A stretch of 45,605 nucleotides of DNA from a virus (lineage: Duplodnaviria; Caudoviricetes). The position numbers and the translations under genes were made by a program. Where the stretch lies: positions 1 through 45,605 of IMG/VR virus record IMGVR_UViG_3300036546_000202; one strand, 5' to 3'. The stretch's first letter is position 1; the number at the start of each line of letters is the position of its first letter. The notes below the pieces were generated by a model. It did no database searches, was not told the origin of the DNA, and saw only the letters and a list, made by a program, of their open reading frames with translations. Shown here in pieces: positions 19,401-28,433 of the stretch.

Positions 19401-22400
19401 CAAAAGCAGGAACGCCAGGTTTTAGCCAATCCCGGCTCTCCAGTGCTTCAAAGATTCTTTTGTTCATTCGGTCTCTGCGAGCAGTCTCTTTTATGTTTTC
19501 TGCTGCTTCACGCAACTGCTTGGCTGCGTCTCTCACGAGGCTGTATGACTCGCCACGAGCACGGCCATCCAACTTAATGGCAGCTTCTCTTGCAGAAAGA
19601 ACTGACTCGATACCTTTGAGAATTTCTTCTCGATTCTCAGGTACAGTACCAGCATCAGTGCGAGCTATCTGAACAGCTTTCTCAATCGCCTTGCGAATGG
19701 AAGAATCCCTGGCGATGTCATTTACAGCAGAAGGGGAAACAGAGACACCTAGTGTAGTCAGCTTATCTGCAAGTTCTGACAGCCTATCTGAAAGTAGGGA
19801 ATATCTTTCTTTAGCTTCTTCCGTGAGTCCGCCTTCTTCAAGGCCGTACTTCACTGCAGCAGTAGTAGCAGAGCTCCCGCTAATGCTGAAGTCTTGGTCG
19901 AGATCACCACGAAGAATTTGAGCGCCTATGCTTCTAGAATCAGCGTATTCCTGAAATTCCTTACGAAGAGAAATTTCTTTCTCTATTAACTCAAAGATCT
20001 TCTTCTGTATGGCGGTTTGTTCTTCTGGCGTAGCTCCGCTTCTACTGGTTTCTAGCGCATTGATTTCATTTCTGTTCGCCTTTATAGCGGTATTCAATCT
20101 TTTAGCTTCTGGCTCTTCGTGGGCAGAAGTAAAGACCTCATAAATAGAAGACGCAAGGTTCTTCAGTTTAGTTCGAACTTCGTCCGAAAAAGCGGCCCCA
20201 ATAAGGGTACCCAACCCTATGACAGCTGCTGTAACTATTTTGCCTTGGAAAGAGGCCATGAACATAGCAGGGATGAGGCGTAAGAAGACCCCTTTCAGAG
20301 ATGTCCAGAAAATAGCAGAGAGGCCGCCCGAGAGGGCAGAGCCAAGCGCACCAGCTACAAACCCTGCAGCAATTTGCAGCCCAACCTTATGGAAATCATC
20401 CAGGAAAGGCATATTTACTGAAAGGTATTCATCTGCTGCCATAAAACCAACAGCACCGCCTGCAGCACCACCAATAGTACCCATCAAGCCCATCATACTT
20501 CTTTGAAAAACCGACCTCAGATTTTCAAAGTGGCGATTTATGACAGCGGACTGTCGAAGAAAATCAGAACGACTTTGCTTGAGAGCGCTGATCTGTGCCT
20601 TGCCCAGTGCTGCGCCTTCTTCGACAAGTTTTATGTTTTTGTCAGCTTTGCGGATTGCAACGCGGCTATTAAAATCTAACTGACGGCGGATACCAGAATC
20701 AGCTAACGCCTTGTCAATATCCCTTACTGTAAGAGTCCTGGTACCGCCGATGCCTAAGGCAGCTCGCAATGCGGGGTTTGTATTATTTGTTCTGGCAGCA
20801 GCCTGCTTAGCTGCCAAGAGGTTTCTAGCGGCAATATCTGTCTGTTTCTGTAAACTTGTCTCAAGACGTCGAATATCTTTTCCTAGACTAGCTGCCTCTA
20901 ATTTAAGAACCCCATTCTTAGCTCGCAATCCAGATGTAACTGCGACTCTTGCAGGCACCTTGGTGAGTTCGACGATGGTCTTCGCCCAAAGCGCTCTGGT
21001 GGTTTTTAGGAGGAGGCTAATACCAACTAGCACAGAAGCAAAACGTAAGGGATCGCTGGCTGCAAAATTAGAAATACCCTCAGATATACTAGAAACAAAT
21101 TTGGCTGCCAGCTCAGCAATGGCCCCGAAAACCCCCTCATTCTTAAATGCGGCAGTAATCCCCAAGCCAATAGTCAGAGTAAAAATACTCAAGAAGGCTG
21201 TTCTGACCCTCTCAGAGGATACTGCTGCAACTATTGCCCAGCTGATTCCCGTAATAAGCACGCCATTCATTAGTTTAGAAACAGCGTCGCCTGCTTTTTG
21301 AAAGATACCGCGAGGGTCTTCTGCTGTCCCTGACATGAGGTAAGACGCACTATTTGCAATGGCGTCTCTCATTTGAGTAGACTTGGTTGTGATCCACTCC
21401 CATGCCTGGCTGGCAGCGACTCCTGCTAGAGCGAAAGCATCTGAGAGAGCATCAGCTGCATTTTGAGAAATTGTCTCCAGAGTGCCAAATATAGCGTCCC
21501 AAGATGATTTCAAATTAGTGCCTAGACTAGAGAACAAGCCATCAATACTTTCTCGCCATTGTACAAATTTCTTGGAAACTGTATTGAAGTCTATGGCTTC
21601 AAAGAGTGTTGAACCGCTTAGCAAATAGCCTGTACCGCCCAAAAGACTTATGCCAGAAACGATGGCAGCAATCTTCAGGCCGAGCCCTCGCAGGACGAAG
21701 TTAGCAGCACGTACCCCTCTAAGGAGACCGTACATCGCCTTTCCTGCCTCGAACAACCCGTAGCCTACCGCTGAAAGACCCCCTGCTGACAGTGCATAGA
21801 ACGCGGCGTCACTTTCTCCTGTGAACCTTTTAACAGAGTCTAAAGACTTTCCTACAAGTTTCTTTGTCCAGCCCTCAACACCTTCAACTAGGTCAGGAAT
21901 CCAAGAGTTTCCAATCACCTTGTCATACAGCCAGAAGAAAGCTCTTTCTGCTTTTTCTGCAAAGTTTAGAACAACAGCGAGTGCCTTGTCAAGTCCAGGA
22001 ATAAAGGCCATTACGTCTATTTCTGGCATAGACCTCATTACCTGCCAGAAACCGTCAATAATTGCCCTGAAAGTATCCTCAAATATAGCGAAGTTCAGCA
22101 CAGATATACGTGCTCGTATCCCATCAAAAACGGACAAGATCTGTAGAGCAGCTTTGTTGAAAAAGCCTACTAAATCACTTAAAGGGAATGCCTTAGCAAT
22201 ACTAACGATTGTATATTTGATTTGGTTAAATATGCGAGATACCACATGTTGGAGTTGTCCTGAAGCACCTATCAATTTCCGAATCGTGTTGCTAGCGATG
22301 CCTACAAAATATTCTACTCTCTGAGAGATAGAATAGATATAGATTTCAGCTTGCAGCGAGTAGACTTTAAGGTTATTCGCAAAGTCAAAGATAGATCTAG

Positions 22401-23193
22401 CAAAATTATTTATTACTGCCGGAATCTTACTCTCTGCCCCTAAAAAGAGCTCAACAGTAGAATTGAAGAGGGTTGAAAAGGCCAAGCCTATGTTACTAAA
22501 TGCTTTGGCGTAAGTAATTCCGAAATCCTTGAACTTCTTATTTAGGTCATCTGCTTGAGAGTTAATAGCGTTAAAGACCGTGCTAAATGACAAAAGACCA
22601 GCTTCTGCCATAGAACGGATTTCCCCTATTTCTCTATTCATGCCCTTAGCTAGCGCCTGAATAAAAACAGGTGCGCTCTCAAACATCGCTCGTAGCTCTT
22701 CACCAGCGAGTCGGTTGGAGGTCAGCCCCTGCCCTAGCTGTAGCAAGGCAGATTGAGTTTCCCCGACAGTTGCCCCGGACAAGGCAAGAGACTGAGAAAC
22801 AGCCTTGGTAAAAGAGGCGATTCGAGCCTGACTGACACCGAAGCGTTGAGCAGCAATACCTGCCTTTTGGTAAAGCCCCGCAACTGCATCAAGCTTTGCA
22901 CCAGTGTCAAGAGCAATCTGCTTAGTTGCGTTAAGAGCAGCATTCATCTCATTGGTAGACCTGGTAACCAAACCAAGCTGGTTTCTAAGCTTGGTGTACT
23001 TGTCTAGCACCTTTGCGTTGGCAGAGAGAGACGCGCTAACGGCTACCATACCTGCGATAGCGGCTGTAGCGGTTCTGATACTACTAGCGACTTTGCTGGC
23101 AGATTGTTGAATACCGTCTACAGATGTTCGTAACTTTTGTAAGTCATCTCTAGCATGTCTGCTGTCCGAAACTGTTTCTATTTGTAAAGTCAT
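16426..23193 (-). CDS. Tape measure protein with embedded lysozyme-like domain (2255 aa)
   Basis: N-terminal tape-measure motif QLGQGLTSNRLAGEELRAMFE; Ala-rich helical body; three FAxGG...GTGTSD...SNGE.VVNA repeats; KEGFVPRVYQDSQGFLTTGVGHLL lysozyme motif. Confidence 0.93.
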   Translation of the reverse strand: MTLQIETVSDSRHARDDLQKLRTSVDGIQQSASKVASSIRTATAAIAGMVAVSASLSANAKVLDKYTKLRNQLGLVTRSTNEMNAALNATKQIALDTGAKLDAVAGLYQKAGIAAQRFGVSQARIASFTKAVSQSLALSGATVGETQSALLQLGQGLTSNRLAGEELRAMFESAPVFIQALAKGMNREIGEIRSMAEAGLLSFSTVFNAINSQADDLNKKFKDFGITYAKAFSNIGLAFSTLFNSTVELFLGAESKIPAVINNFARSIFDFANNLKVYSLQAEIYIYSISQRVEYFVGIASNTIRKLIGASGQLQHVVSRIFNQIKYTIVSIAKAFPLSDLVGFFNKAALQILSVFDGIRARISVLNFAIFEDTFRAIIDGFWQVMRSMPEIDVMAFIPGLDKALAVVLNFAEKAERAFFWLYDKVIGNSWIPDLVEGVEGWTKKLVGKSLDSVKRFTGESDAAFYALSAGGLSAVGYGLFEAGKAMYGLLRGVRAANFVLRGLGLKIAAIVSGISLLGGTGYLLSGSTLFEAIDFNTVSKKFVQWRESIDGLFSSLGTNLKSSWDAIFGTLETISQNAADALSDAFALAGVAASQAWEWITTKSTQMRDAIANSASYLMSGTAEDPRGIFQKAGDAVSKLMNGVLITGISWAIVAAVSSERVRTAFLSIFTLTIGLGITAAFKNEGVFGAIAELAAKFVSSISEGISNFAASDPLRFASVLVGISLLLKTTRALWAKTIVELTKVPARVAVTSGLRAKNGVLKLEAASLGKDIRRLETSLQKQTDIAARNLLAAKQAAARTNNTNPALRAALGIGGTRTLTVRDIDKALADSGIRRQLDFNSRVAIRKADKNIKLVEEGAALGKAQISALKQSRSDFLRQSAVINRHFENLRSVFQRSMMGLMGTIGGAAGGAVGFMAADEYLSVNMPFLDDFHKVGLQIAAGFVAGALGSALSGGLSAIFWTSLKGVFLRLIPAMFMASFQGKIVTAAVIGLGTLIGAAFSDEVRTKLKNLASSIYEVFTSAHEEPEAKRLNTAIKANRNEINALETSRSGATPEEQTAIQKKIFELIEKEISLRKEFQEYADSRSIGAQILRGDLDQDFSISGSSATTAAVKYGLEEGGLTEEAKERYSLLSDRLSELADKLTTLGVSVSPSAVNDIARDSSIRKAIEKAVQIARTDAGTVPENREEILKGIESVLSAREAAIKLDGRARGESYSLVRDAAKQLREAAENIKETARRDRMNKRIFEALESRDWLKPGVPAFATGGYVSGRGTGTSDSIPAKLSNGEFVVNAAVTKKLGWLLRYINAGNTDLYAIMGAISGYLRGAFKQKNGVNDAMKLLPDSVGESYIKAKEGFVPRVYQDSQGFLTTGVGHLLSTTALANAPFEVNPKGSGATAPNESGAYPHDKFLRSHNYKVYSASRLNSLFKEDYDKYLGIARRDLSNFADLHKFAKLAMVDHAFQVGSIRWPRLRAAMLEQDYFSAAREVLDSKGAKQAPGRFQSRAKLLELAGKEVQRFATGGYVSGPGTGTSDSIPAMISNGEFVVNASATSKFKPLLEHLNAGRVGHFSQGSGVASSDSAIPVVVENAKDLTASLKEFWGDSLDYFPDVKGIFTDIVDYYNPPEGTLRGDWNAAGDDGKALLLLEELLPAFKEGLLKDPVYGTNLAPDLNTFREMSTGARDAVFRSIQQISSSQEKLEEARANGTSSKKLEEIISKAYANISNTLTAADSFDTSPINDVILPRSAKGIFDDLIKAVPDLRQSFLDFSKLPAEVQISLAGAVTNTISAQSELEGYTIRSVAALDAAIARAEANLATMPADASDEVIEAAKAEVERAKANKVAALSSTALQKRTEEFTASLRATEDNVRRAAFQNNAYSKSAKLVLDSLQIDSSLLKYVSDSDIERLVELGQAFEESQVAYTRALEDGSSNRLKLAKTADTSEAELRSFIDTISSLEPVAKALGKSFAENTKASFSSSLTDLLSGKSSFKDASKALLDSFTMSVLETFSKGLTESLFKGLMPDIESFGTNIAKLLMPSTKESDGKAAKSPEATGEAAAEGLLGAVHAKVQEGTGGIADLFGEGGLLGMIKKGLSGIGDMFGGLFSSIGSLFSGSGGFNFGSILGFFGGFFANGGLIRGAGTGTSDNILAAVSNGEYVVNAASTRRFLPMLEAINAGRAQRFAKGGLVGHSAPQINDSVSQLNSVSQNSAASQQVINLTITGDISRQTKSEIYKMLPNIAQGVNQYNANKGYTRGEK

Positions 23194-23217
23194 TCTCTTA
23201 AGTCCTTTCGAAATTAA

Positions 23218-23241
23218 GCCCAGACAAATTAATGTCTGGGC
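23218..23241. terminator. Intergenic hairpin (possible terminator or processing site)
   Basis: GCCCAGACA-AATTAA-TGTCTGGGC perfect 9-bp stem; weak U-tract. Confidence 0.4.
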
Positions 23242-23247
23242 AGATAA

Positions 23248-23565
23248 TCAGCGTTCGCTTACAATGGTGCCAAGAGGACGGCCATAGCGAATCGCAGTGC
23301 GCTCGATAAACCTAGCAGGAGCTTGCTTAGAAGAACCCTTATTCAACATAGGGAGATAAGGAACATCATTGAATACAGTGATTGTATCCAGGCTCTTAGA
23401 GATCTTCCATCCTGCTGCGGCCCTGCCTGTATCTTTAGGCGTCACATCTGCTAGATCTTTCACTAGGCTTGACACCACTTTCTCATGGTGCTGCTCTAAC
23501 TCTTTGTTAAGTTGAGCATCTAGCATGGCGAAAGTAGAAGCAACACCCTTAATTCTCACCTTCAT
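23248..23565 (-). CDS. HK97 gp10-like tail completion/neck protein
   Basis: TPKDTGRAAAGW and LNKGSSKQAPARF motifs; start MKVRIKG. Confidence 0.8.
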   Translation of the reverse strand: MKVRIKGVASTFAMLDAQLNKELEQHHEKVVSSLVKDLADVTPKDTGRAAAGWKISKSLDTITVFNDVPYLPMLNKGSSKQAPARFIERTAIRYGRPLGTIVSER

Positions 23566-23566
23566 A

Positions 23567-23896
23567 CTAATCCTCTGGTATCTTGTCGCCACCTTTGGCA
23601 GAGAGCATTTTAGAGAATAAATAAGAGTTTTTCAAATTAGCTACAGGGTTCTTGGGCCGAGAGGCTGCTTCCATTTGAGCGAGGCTCGGAAACAAGTCTC
23701 CTGGCTTCATCTTGCCACCAAAGGCTGAGACTATGTAAAAAGTTCGCAGGTCTTCCCGCCAACCGACAGGACGGCTTTCGAAGTACAGTAGCCACCCCTT
23801 AAATGTGTCGTAGGGCATGTCAGCGACTTCTTCATAAGAAATGCCTAGAGTGTAGGCTAGCTCGAAAAGCTGAAACTGATCATCCGAAAGGTTCAC
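23567..23896 (-). CDS. Tail assembly chaperone, downstream (T-like) part
   Basis: ELAYTLGISYEEVADMP...W..YF pattern; in -1 frame relative to the upstream chaperone. Confidence 0.7.
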   Translation of the reverse strand: MNLSDDQFQLFELAYTLGISYEEVADMPYDTFKGWLLYFESRPVGWREDLRTFYIVSAFGGKMKPGDLFPSLAQMEAASRPKNPVANLKNSYLFSKMLSAKGGDKIPED

Positions 23897-24192
23897 TTCC
23901 CCTTGGGAGGATCGTCAGTGAGGCCTGAGAACTTCATAATCTCGGAAGATAGCTTGGAGATATCTTCCAGAGGCCAGGTGCCGAAATCTTCATCTGTCAG
24001 CTCGCTACCGCCCTCTACGCCTGCACGGATGACATCATAGATGAGATTCAGCTGACTTTCATCATCAGGCTGCATTTCAGCAGAAGCCGCCTGAATCTGC
24101 AGTGCTTGAGCGGTGGACAGCTTACGGATTGTAACCTGCTCATCCAGGAATTTGGTGGTTTTGGTAATACGACGACCAACAAGATTCTTCAT
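23893..24192 (-). CDS. Tail assembly chaperone (G-like)
   Basis: VTIRKLS motif; ends PKGK; between major tail and tape measure genes. Confidence 0.75.
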   Translation of the reverse strand: MKNLVGRRITKTTKFLDEQVTIRKLSTAQALQIQAASAEMQPDDESQLNLIYDVIRAGVEGGSELTDEDFGTWPLEDISKLSSEIMKFSGLTDDPPKGK

Positions 24193-24410
24193 TTGTCTTC
24201 TCCAATGAAAGAATTAAAAGATTCAATTTGCTTTTTCAAAGCATGTAAATCGGACAAGGTTTTAAAGATTTCTTCGGACTTTTCACGATCCGCTTCAAAC
24301 TCCTGTATCCGTTCAAATGTCTTGCTAATACTAAGATCGACACTTCGACGCATGTGCTTTAGGGTCAGCCCAATGACGTAGTCGCGACTAAATTGACGAT
24401 TAGAAGCCAT
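24189..24410 (-). CDS. Hypothetical protein
   Basis: 73-aa helical ORF with overlapping stop/start coupling. Confidence 0.65.
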   Translation of the reverse strand: MASNRQFSRDYVIGLTLKHMRRSVDLSISKTFERIQEFEADREKSEEIFKTLSDLHALKKQIESFNSFIGEDK

Positions 24411-24427
24411 GTAATCATCCCTACATG

Positions 24428-24459
24428 AAAAGTGGAAGAAGGCATTAGCCTTCCTCCAC
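24428..24459 (-). terminator. Intrinsic terminator after major tail gene
   Basis: GTGGAGGAAGGC-TAAT-GCCTTCTTCCAC followed by TTTT. Confidence 0.75.
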
Positions 24460-24487
24460 CAAAAGCTTGAACAGTACCACTTAAATC

Positions 24488-25087
24488 TTAAATGGTATAA
24501 GCGCCGTAGAAATCAGACTGAATGCTGATTGTCAGTGTTGCAGTATTGGCGTCAGTCAGCTGCGGGTTGACCATCAAGGCATCTACCTTGCCAATCCAGT
24601 AATACTGAGAGTTACCTACAGTGCCTACGCCCCCTGCAGTTGCTGCGTATTTTACATCACCAGAACCGGTCGGCTCAGCATTCATCAATGTAAACCGGAA
24701 AACGTACTGGTTACCATCACCAACCATAGAGCCAAGAATATTGGCAGGGTCATCTGCCCACTCAGCAGGAATATAGTTCAGAGTGATCTCCATAGAGGGA
24801 GCATCAGACTGACCCTGAATCTGCTGAGAAGTACGCTGCCCGTAGACAGGGACGTTGACAATATTCGGAGGGGTGCCCATAGAAGGATACTCACGAACGT
24901 TCTTAACACGAACGAAGGTGTTGGTACCCTTGGTTCCGCCAACAGACGGAATTTCGTTAGCAAACAGTGTCTGGAACTCAGCAGCGGTACCCAGTGCTGC
25001 AAGAGCTTCCGGAGACAGCGGTGTGCCAGGGGTTGCAACAGACAGGTCAGAAAACATGCCTGCGCCGATAGAGGAAATGTGTGCCAT
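24488..25087 (-). CDS. Major tail tube protein
   Basis: QIQGQSDAPSMEITLNY tail-tube pattern; highly biased codon usage; followed by terminator. Confidence 0.85.
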   Translation of the reverse strand: MAHISSIGAGMFSDLSVATPGTPLSPEALAALGTAAEFQTLFANEIPSVGGTKGTNTFVRVKNVREYPSMGTPPNIVNVPVYGQRTSQQIQGQSDAPSMEITLNYIPAEWADDPANILGSMVGDGNQYVFRFTLMNAEPTGSGDVKYAATAGGVGTVGNSQYYWIGKVDALMVNPQLTDANTATLTISIQSDFYGAYTI

Positions 25088-25091
25088 TTAT

Positions 25092-25493
25092 TCAACTCCA
25101 AAAAAACTTGAAAGGTATTGTGACAGATGTCATGCTGAGAGAAGGGTTGTCCTTGTCTCTAGCGGTTTCACCTGCGGTTAGTGCCCAAAATTGGATACTA
25201 CTAGTGTCTACACTGTATTGTTTGGAAGTGTAGCACTGGTTAAGCAGATCTAGAGCCGAAGCAACTTCAGCCAGACCAGCAGTAACAGGCACAAATACGT
25301 CTATTAGGACGATACCAGAACCAGAAGAGAGATTCACACCAGTACCGGCAGGAATCACATTGATTCTTACAAATTTCTGAGGTAGAGGATCCGGAACCAA
25401 AACAGCTGGATACGCTTTAATGCCAGAAAGAGTCCACACTTCTTCTGTAAGGGGGCGCATTGCCAGCTTCATGAGCTTATCGAACTTATTCAC
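25092..25493 (-). CDS. Tail terminator protein
   Basis: Size, position and GIVLIDVFVP motif. Confidence 0.65.
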   Translation of the reverse strand: MNKFDKLMKLAMRPLTEEVWTLSGIKAYPAVLVPDPLPQKFVRINVIPAGTGVNLSSGSGIVLIDVFVPVTAGLAEVASALDLLNQCYTSKQYSVDTSSIQFWALTAGETARDKDNPSLSMTSVTIPFKFFWS

Positions 25494-25837
25494 GAAACCA
25501 CCGTCCCTTCTACAAGAATTATGTAGTTCTTTTGGGCCAACACAGGCCCAATATCCAATGAAATGCCGCTTATTTCAATACGAGAGAAGTCGTTCATATC
25601 TTTAATGTCGTCAGTGACACGAAAGAGAAGCGTCCACTTCTCTGTGCCTTTGCTGACTCTTTTGTCTACGACTACGACTTTTGTAAAGGCGTCAGCGGCG
25701 TTTGTAACATTAGACTCTAGCGTTGAAAAGTCAAAATCACCAACAATTGCTCTTTTGAATATAGCGTCTTCCGCCAAGTCTTTCAACTGGCGAAAAGCCA
25801 ATGCCAGCTGAGAGTCGATGAGAGCCTTGTAGGACAT
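25490..25837 (-). CDS. Head-tail adaptor/closure protein (start MSYKAL)
   Basis: 115 aa; position after the connector gene; GGAGG upstream of ATG 25837. Confidence 0.6.
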   Translation of the reverse strand: MSYKALIDSQLALAFRQLKDLAEDAIFKRAIVGDFDFSTLESNVTNAADAFTKVVVVDKRVSKGTEKWTLLFRVTDDIKDMNDFSRIEISGISLDIGPVLAQKNYIILVEGTVVS

Positions 25838-26313
25838 CAGTTCGCCCTCCACCACATTCTTGCGGATGAGCGGGATGTCCAAAGAGGCTTCATGAGTTTC
25901 TCAGCTAACGCTGGAAGAGTCGATGTATTTTGAATATCCACCAGCTTGATCCCAGCTATGGACAAGCTGTCTACCTTTCCTGTACTATCCAGCAGACCAT
26001 CATTATTGAGCATATGATAGGCAGTTTCAGTGCAACCTTTAATCACACGAGAAGGAGTACCTTCTATAGAAACTGTCTTCCCAACAATTGGCTCAAAATA
26101 AGTGATCTTCCGAGGGAATGCACAAGATTGAGTATCTCTAACAGCAGTGCCCAGCCAAGGATACTCATTTAACAGAGTAGTTGCAGATATTAGAGCAGCT
26201 TCTTTCTGCTCTACAGTCGCTTCTACCCATGCAGCTACGTCAATCCGACCAGACATATAGTCTTCGGCCTCTTCGATCGTAACAAAAGAGTTTTCACCTT
26301 TGACTAAGGCCAT
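25837..26313 (-). CDS. Head-tail connector (DnaT-like phage family)
   Basis: NSFVTIEEAEDY...Q..AFPR motif, directly after the capsid gene. Confidence 0.75.
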   Translation of the reverse strand: MALVKGENSFVTIEEAEDYMSGRIDVAAWVEATVEQKEAALISATTLLNEYPWLGTAVRDTQSCAFPRKITYFEPIVGKTVSIEGTPSRVIKGCTETAYHMLNNDGLLDSTGKVDSLSIAGIKLVDIQNTSTLPALAEKLMKPLWTSRSSARMWWRAN

Positions 26314-26330
26314 GCTTACTCACCTTTCAA

Positions 26331-27515
26331 TTAAGAGTGGAACACCGGCAGGATGCCCAGGCTCAGTGCAGAAGAGGTCTTGCGAGTCCATACACCAGAG
26401 GTGCTAGCCAGCATATCGGCAGCGGCAATGAGCGGAGTCTGGACGCCAGCTTCCATAACAGAGCTGTAAGCTGCGTCAGTCGGGAAGTCTTCCTGCTCAC
26501 CAGTCCAGCTGTAGCCAGCAGGGTGCAGAACATAGCCCCAACGATGCCATACAGTGGTAGTACCGCCACCCTTGTAAGCACCAGCATTACGATCGATCTC
26601 GGTTGGCAGCGGTACATTCAGATTTTCCATTGCAATAGCGCTAGGCAGAACAATGAAAGAGCACTGAGTGCCAACCAGATCTACGCCAGTGCCGGTGTTG
26701 ATCTTAGCGATCTGAGCAGCGGTCAGGCTCTGGTTTGCACGAGTCTGGATCAGGCGGAACTTGCCCTGGAAGATGGTATTGAATTCAACATTGCCATCAA
26801 CAACACGGTCAGCGTCTACAAGGTTAGCAGAACGCAGGGAAGCCATCACTGCCGGAGAAGCGAACAGGTAGGCGTATTCCGGCTCGTAGTCTTTGAAGGC
26901 CATGCCGAACGCATTCAAGAAGCCGGTGGCACGCTGAGCACCAAGATTGGCAGCAGCAGCATCTGTAATGATCTTGCTGGCTCCCAGATCGACATAGAAG
27001 CCGTAACGCTTGTCAGTCGGATCGTTTTCGAAAGTCTGACCGCCCAGACCAGCTGCACCAGACGCATTGTGTGCGCCGTTCAGCAGTTCAGAGATAGCCA
27101 CACCTTTCAGGATAGACAGTACAGCATTGTGTTCATCCTGAGAGCGGGTCTCAGCCAGATCACGGCCAAATTTAGCCAGACCATCGTCCTGGGTGATCAG
27201 GTCTTTCATGTTGATGTTACGAGCACCATGAGTACGTACGGTCTTAACGTAGTTCAGGAATTCGGTGCCGTAGCTGGACAGTGCACCATCAGTAGCATCA
27301 GTGATAGATGCAGTGTTGACAACCTGATTGATCGGCTTTCTCCAGCGCAGCTGGCCGGTGAAGGTCTCAGTGTTCTTGTCGATCAGCGGGTTGGAGCCCA
27401 TGATACTAGTACTGGAGATCTTGCGAGCAGCAGTGTAAGCTTCATCTGAGTAAGCAGAGATAGCAGCCTGCAGTGCGTAGTCATCAGCACCGGCAATAGT
27501 GGTTTGAACAGTCAT
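26331..27515 (-). CDS. Major capsid protein
   Basis: 394 aa, after scaffold, strong codon bias; EIDRNA..GGG...WHRWGYVLHPAGYSW pattern. Confidence 0.85.
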   Translation of the reverse strand: MTVQTTIAGADDYALQAAISAYSDEAYTAARKISSTSIMGSNPLIDKNTETFTGQLRWRKPINQVVNTASITDATDGALSSYGTEFLNYVKTVRTHGARNINMKDLITQDDGLAKFGRDLAETRSQDEHNAVLSILKGVAISELLNGAHNASGAAGLGGQTFENDPTDKRYGFYVDLGASKIITDAAAANLGAQRATGFLNAFGMAFKDYEPEYAYLFASPAVMASLRSANLVDADRVVDGNVEFNTIFQGKFRLIQTRANQSLTAAQIAKINTGTGVDLVGTQCSFIVLPSAIAMENLNVPLPTEIDRNAGAYKGGGTTTVWHRWGYVLHPAGYSWTGEQEDFPTDAAYSSVMEAGVQTPLIAAADMLASTSGVWTRKTSSALSLGILPVFHS

Positions 27516-27525
27516 TTAAAAATCC

Positions 27526-28212
27526 TTAAAGTTTTCCTTCCCTTGCCCGTTTCAGGACTTCAGCCTGAGACAGCTCAAACAGAGATTTACTGGCAGAAGG
27601 GTCGGAGGGTTTCGGTGTCTGGAACTCAGTTCCTTTAGATTGCGGCTTGCTGAAAAGGAAGGAGTTAGATTCATCACCCACATAGTGGTTGACAAATTCA
27701 GACAAGGTTGCACCAGACTTGTGAGTCCATGTGCCGTCCTCAGATTGCACAAGTTGACTGGTGATTTCTTGAAAAGCCACATCTTGCGCTTTCTTGCTAC
27801 GGAAGGTTACACCTTCTAAAGCACTCAGCTCATTCTTCACCTCAACATCTCTTGTCAGCTCAATGTTTCGGGTACGAACAGCTTCAAGTTCACGCTGGAG
27901 TTGATCACGCTCCAAAGTCAGTGCTTCGGCTTCTTTACCTTCGTTACGCAGACGCTCAAGTTCAGCCTTACGGTTAGCTTCTTCTAGCTCTCTAACACGA
28001 GCCAGTGCAGCATCACGCTCAGCAAAAGCACCATCAAGTTTTTCTTTGATAGGTTTCAGACGTTCTTTCACAACATCATCAATAGAAAGGTTGTCTGACG
28101 GCTTTTCATCACCTTGCTGTTCACCAGTGGCATCGGGAGTCACAGCTCCATTTTCACCATCTGTTGCACCAGCAACCTTGGTTGCATCTTGCTCTTGTCC
28201 TTCAACTTTCAT
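27526..28212 (-). CDS. Capsid scaffolding protein
   Basis: Acidic N-terminus, long coiled coil, directly upstream of the capsid gene. Confidence 0.8.
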   Translation of the reverse strand: MKVEGQEQDATKVAGATDGENGAVTPDATGEQQGDEKPSDNLSIDDVVKERLKPIKEKLDGAFAERDAALARVRELEEANRKAELERLRNEGKEAEALTLERDQLQRELEAVRTRNIELTRDVEVKNELSALEGVTFRSKKAQDVAFQEITSQLVQSEDGTWTHKSGATLSEFVNHYVGDESNSFLFSKPQSKGTEFQTPKPSDPSASKSLFELSQAEVLKRAREGKL

Positions 28213-28416
28213 TTTATAACCTCTGAGTACAACTCAATACATTAGCAGACACAGCCTGCCCTTAAAAAATATAAAGCACCCTGAATATTGAATTTTACGG
28301 TCTTCAAGGTACTCGAATGGAGTGTGCTTTCTCTTTCGAGAGAAAGGATACTACAACTACGGTACAACAACAGCTAGCTAACAGCTGGTTGGGACCGGAG
28401 GGAGTAACTCCTCCTT
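28213..28416 (-). promoter_or_regulatory. Structured 5' leader of the scaffold-capsid operon
   Basis: At least five hairpins, including CTTTCTCT-CGAA-AGAGAAAG and two tandem TGT-loop hairpins next to the RBS. Confidence 0.5.
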
Positions 28417-28433
28417 TAATTTAACAAGTTGGG
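28417..28433 (-). promoter_or_regulatory. Candidate phage-RNAP promoter, class 2 (CCCAACTTGTTAAATTA)
   Basis: 15/17 identical to 3021-3037. Confidence 0.45.

Noticed and set aside
26337-27449. 370-aa plus-strand ORF antisense to the capsid gene (and similar long antisense ORFs over the tape measure, portal and DGR genes)
   Set aside because: Shadow frames produced by codon bias of the real minus-strand genes; no recognisable motifs or RBS
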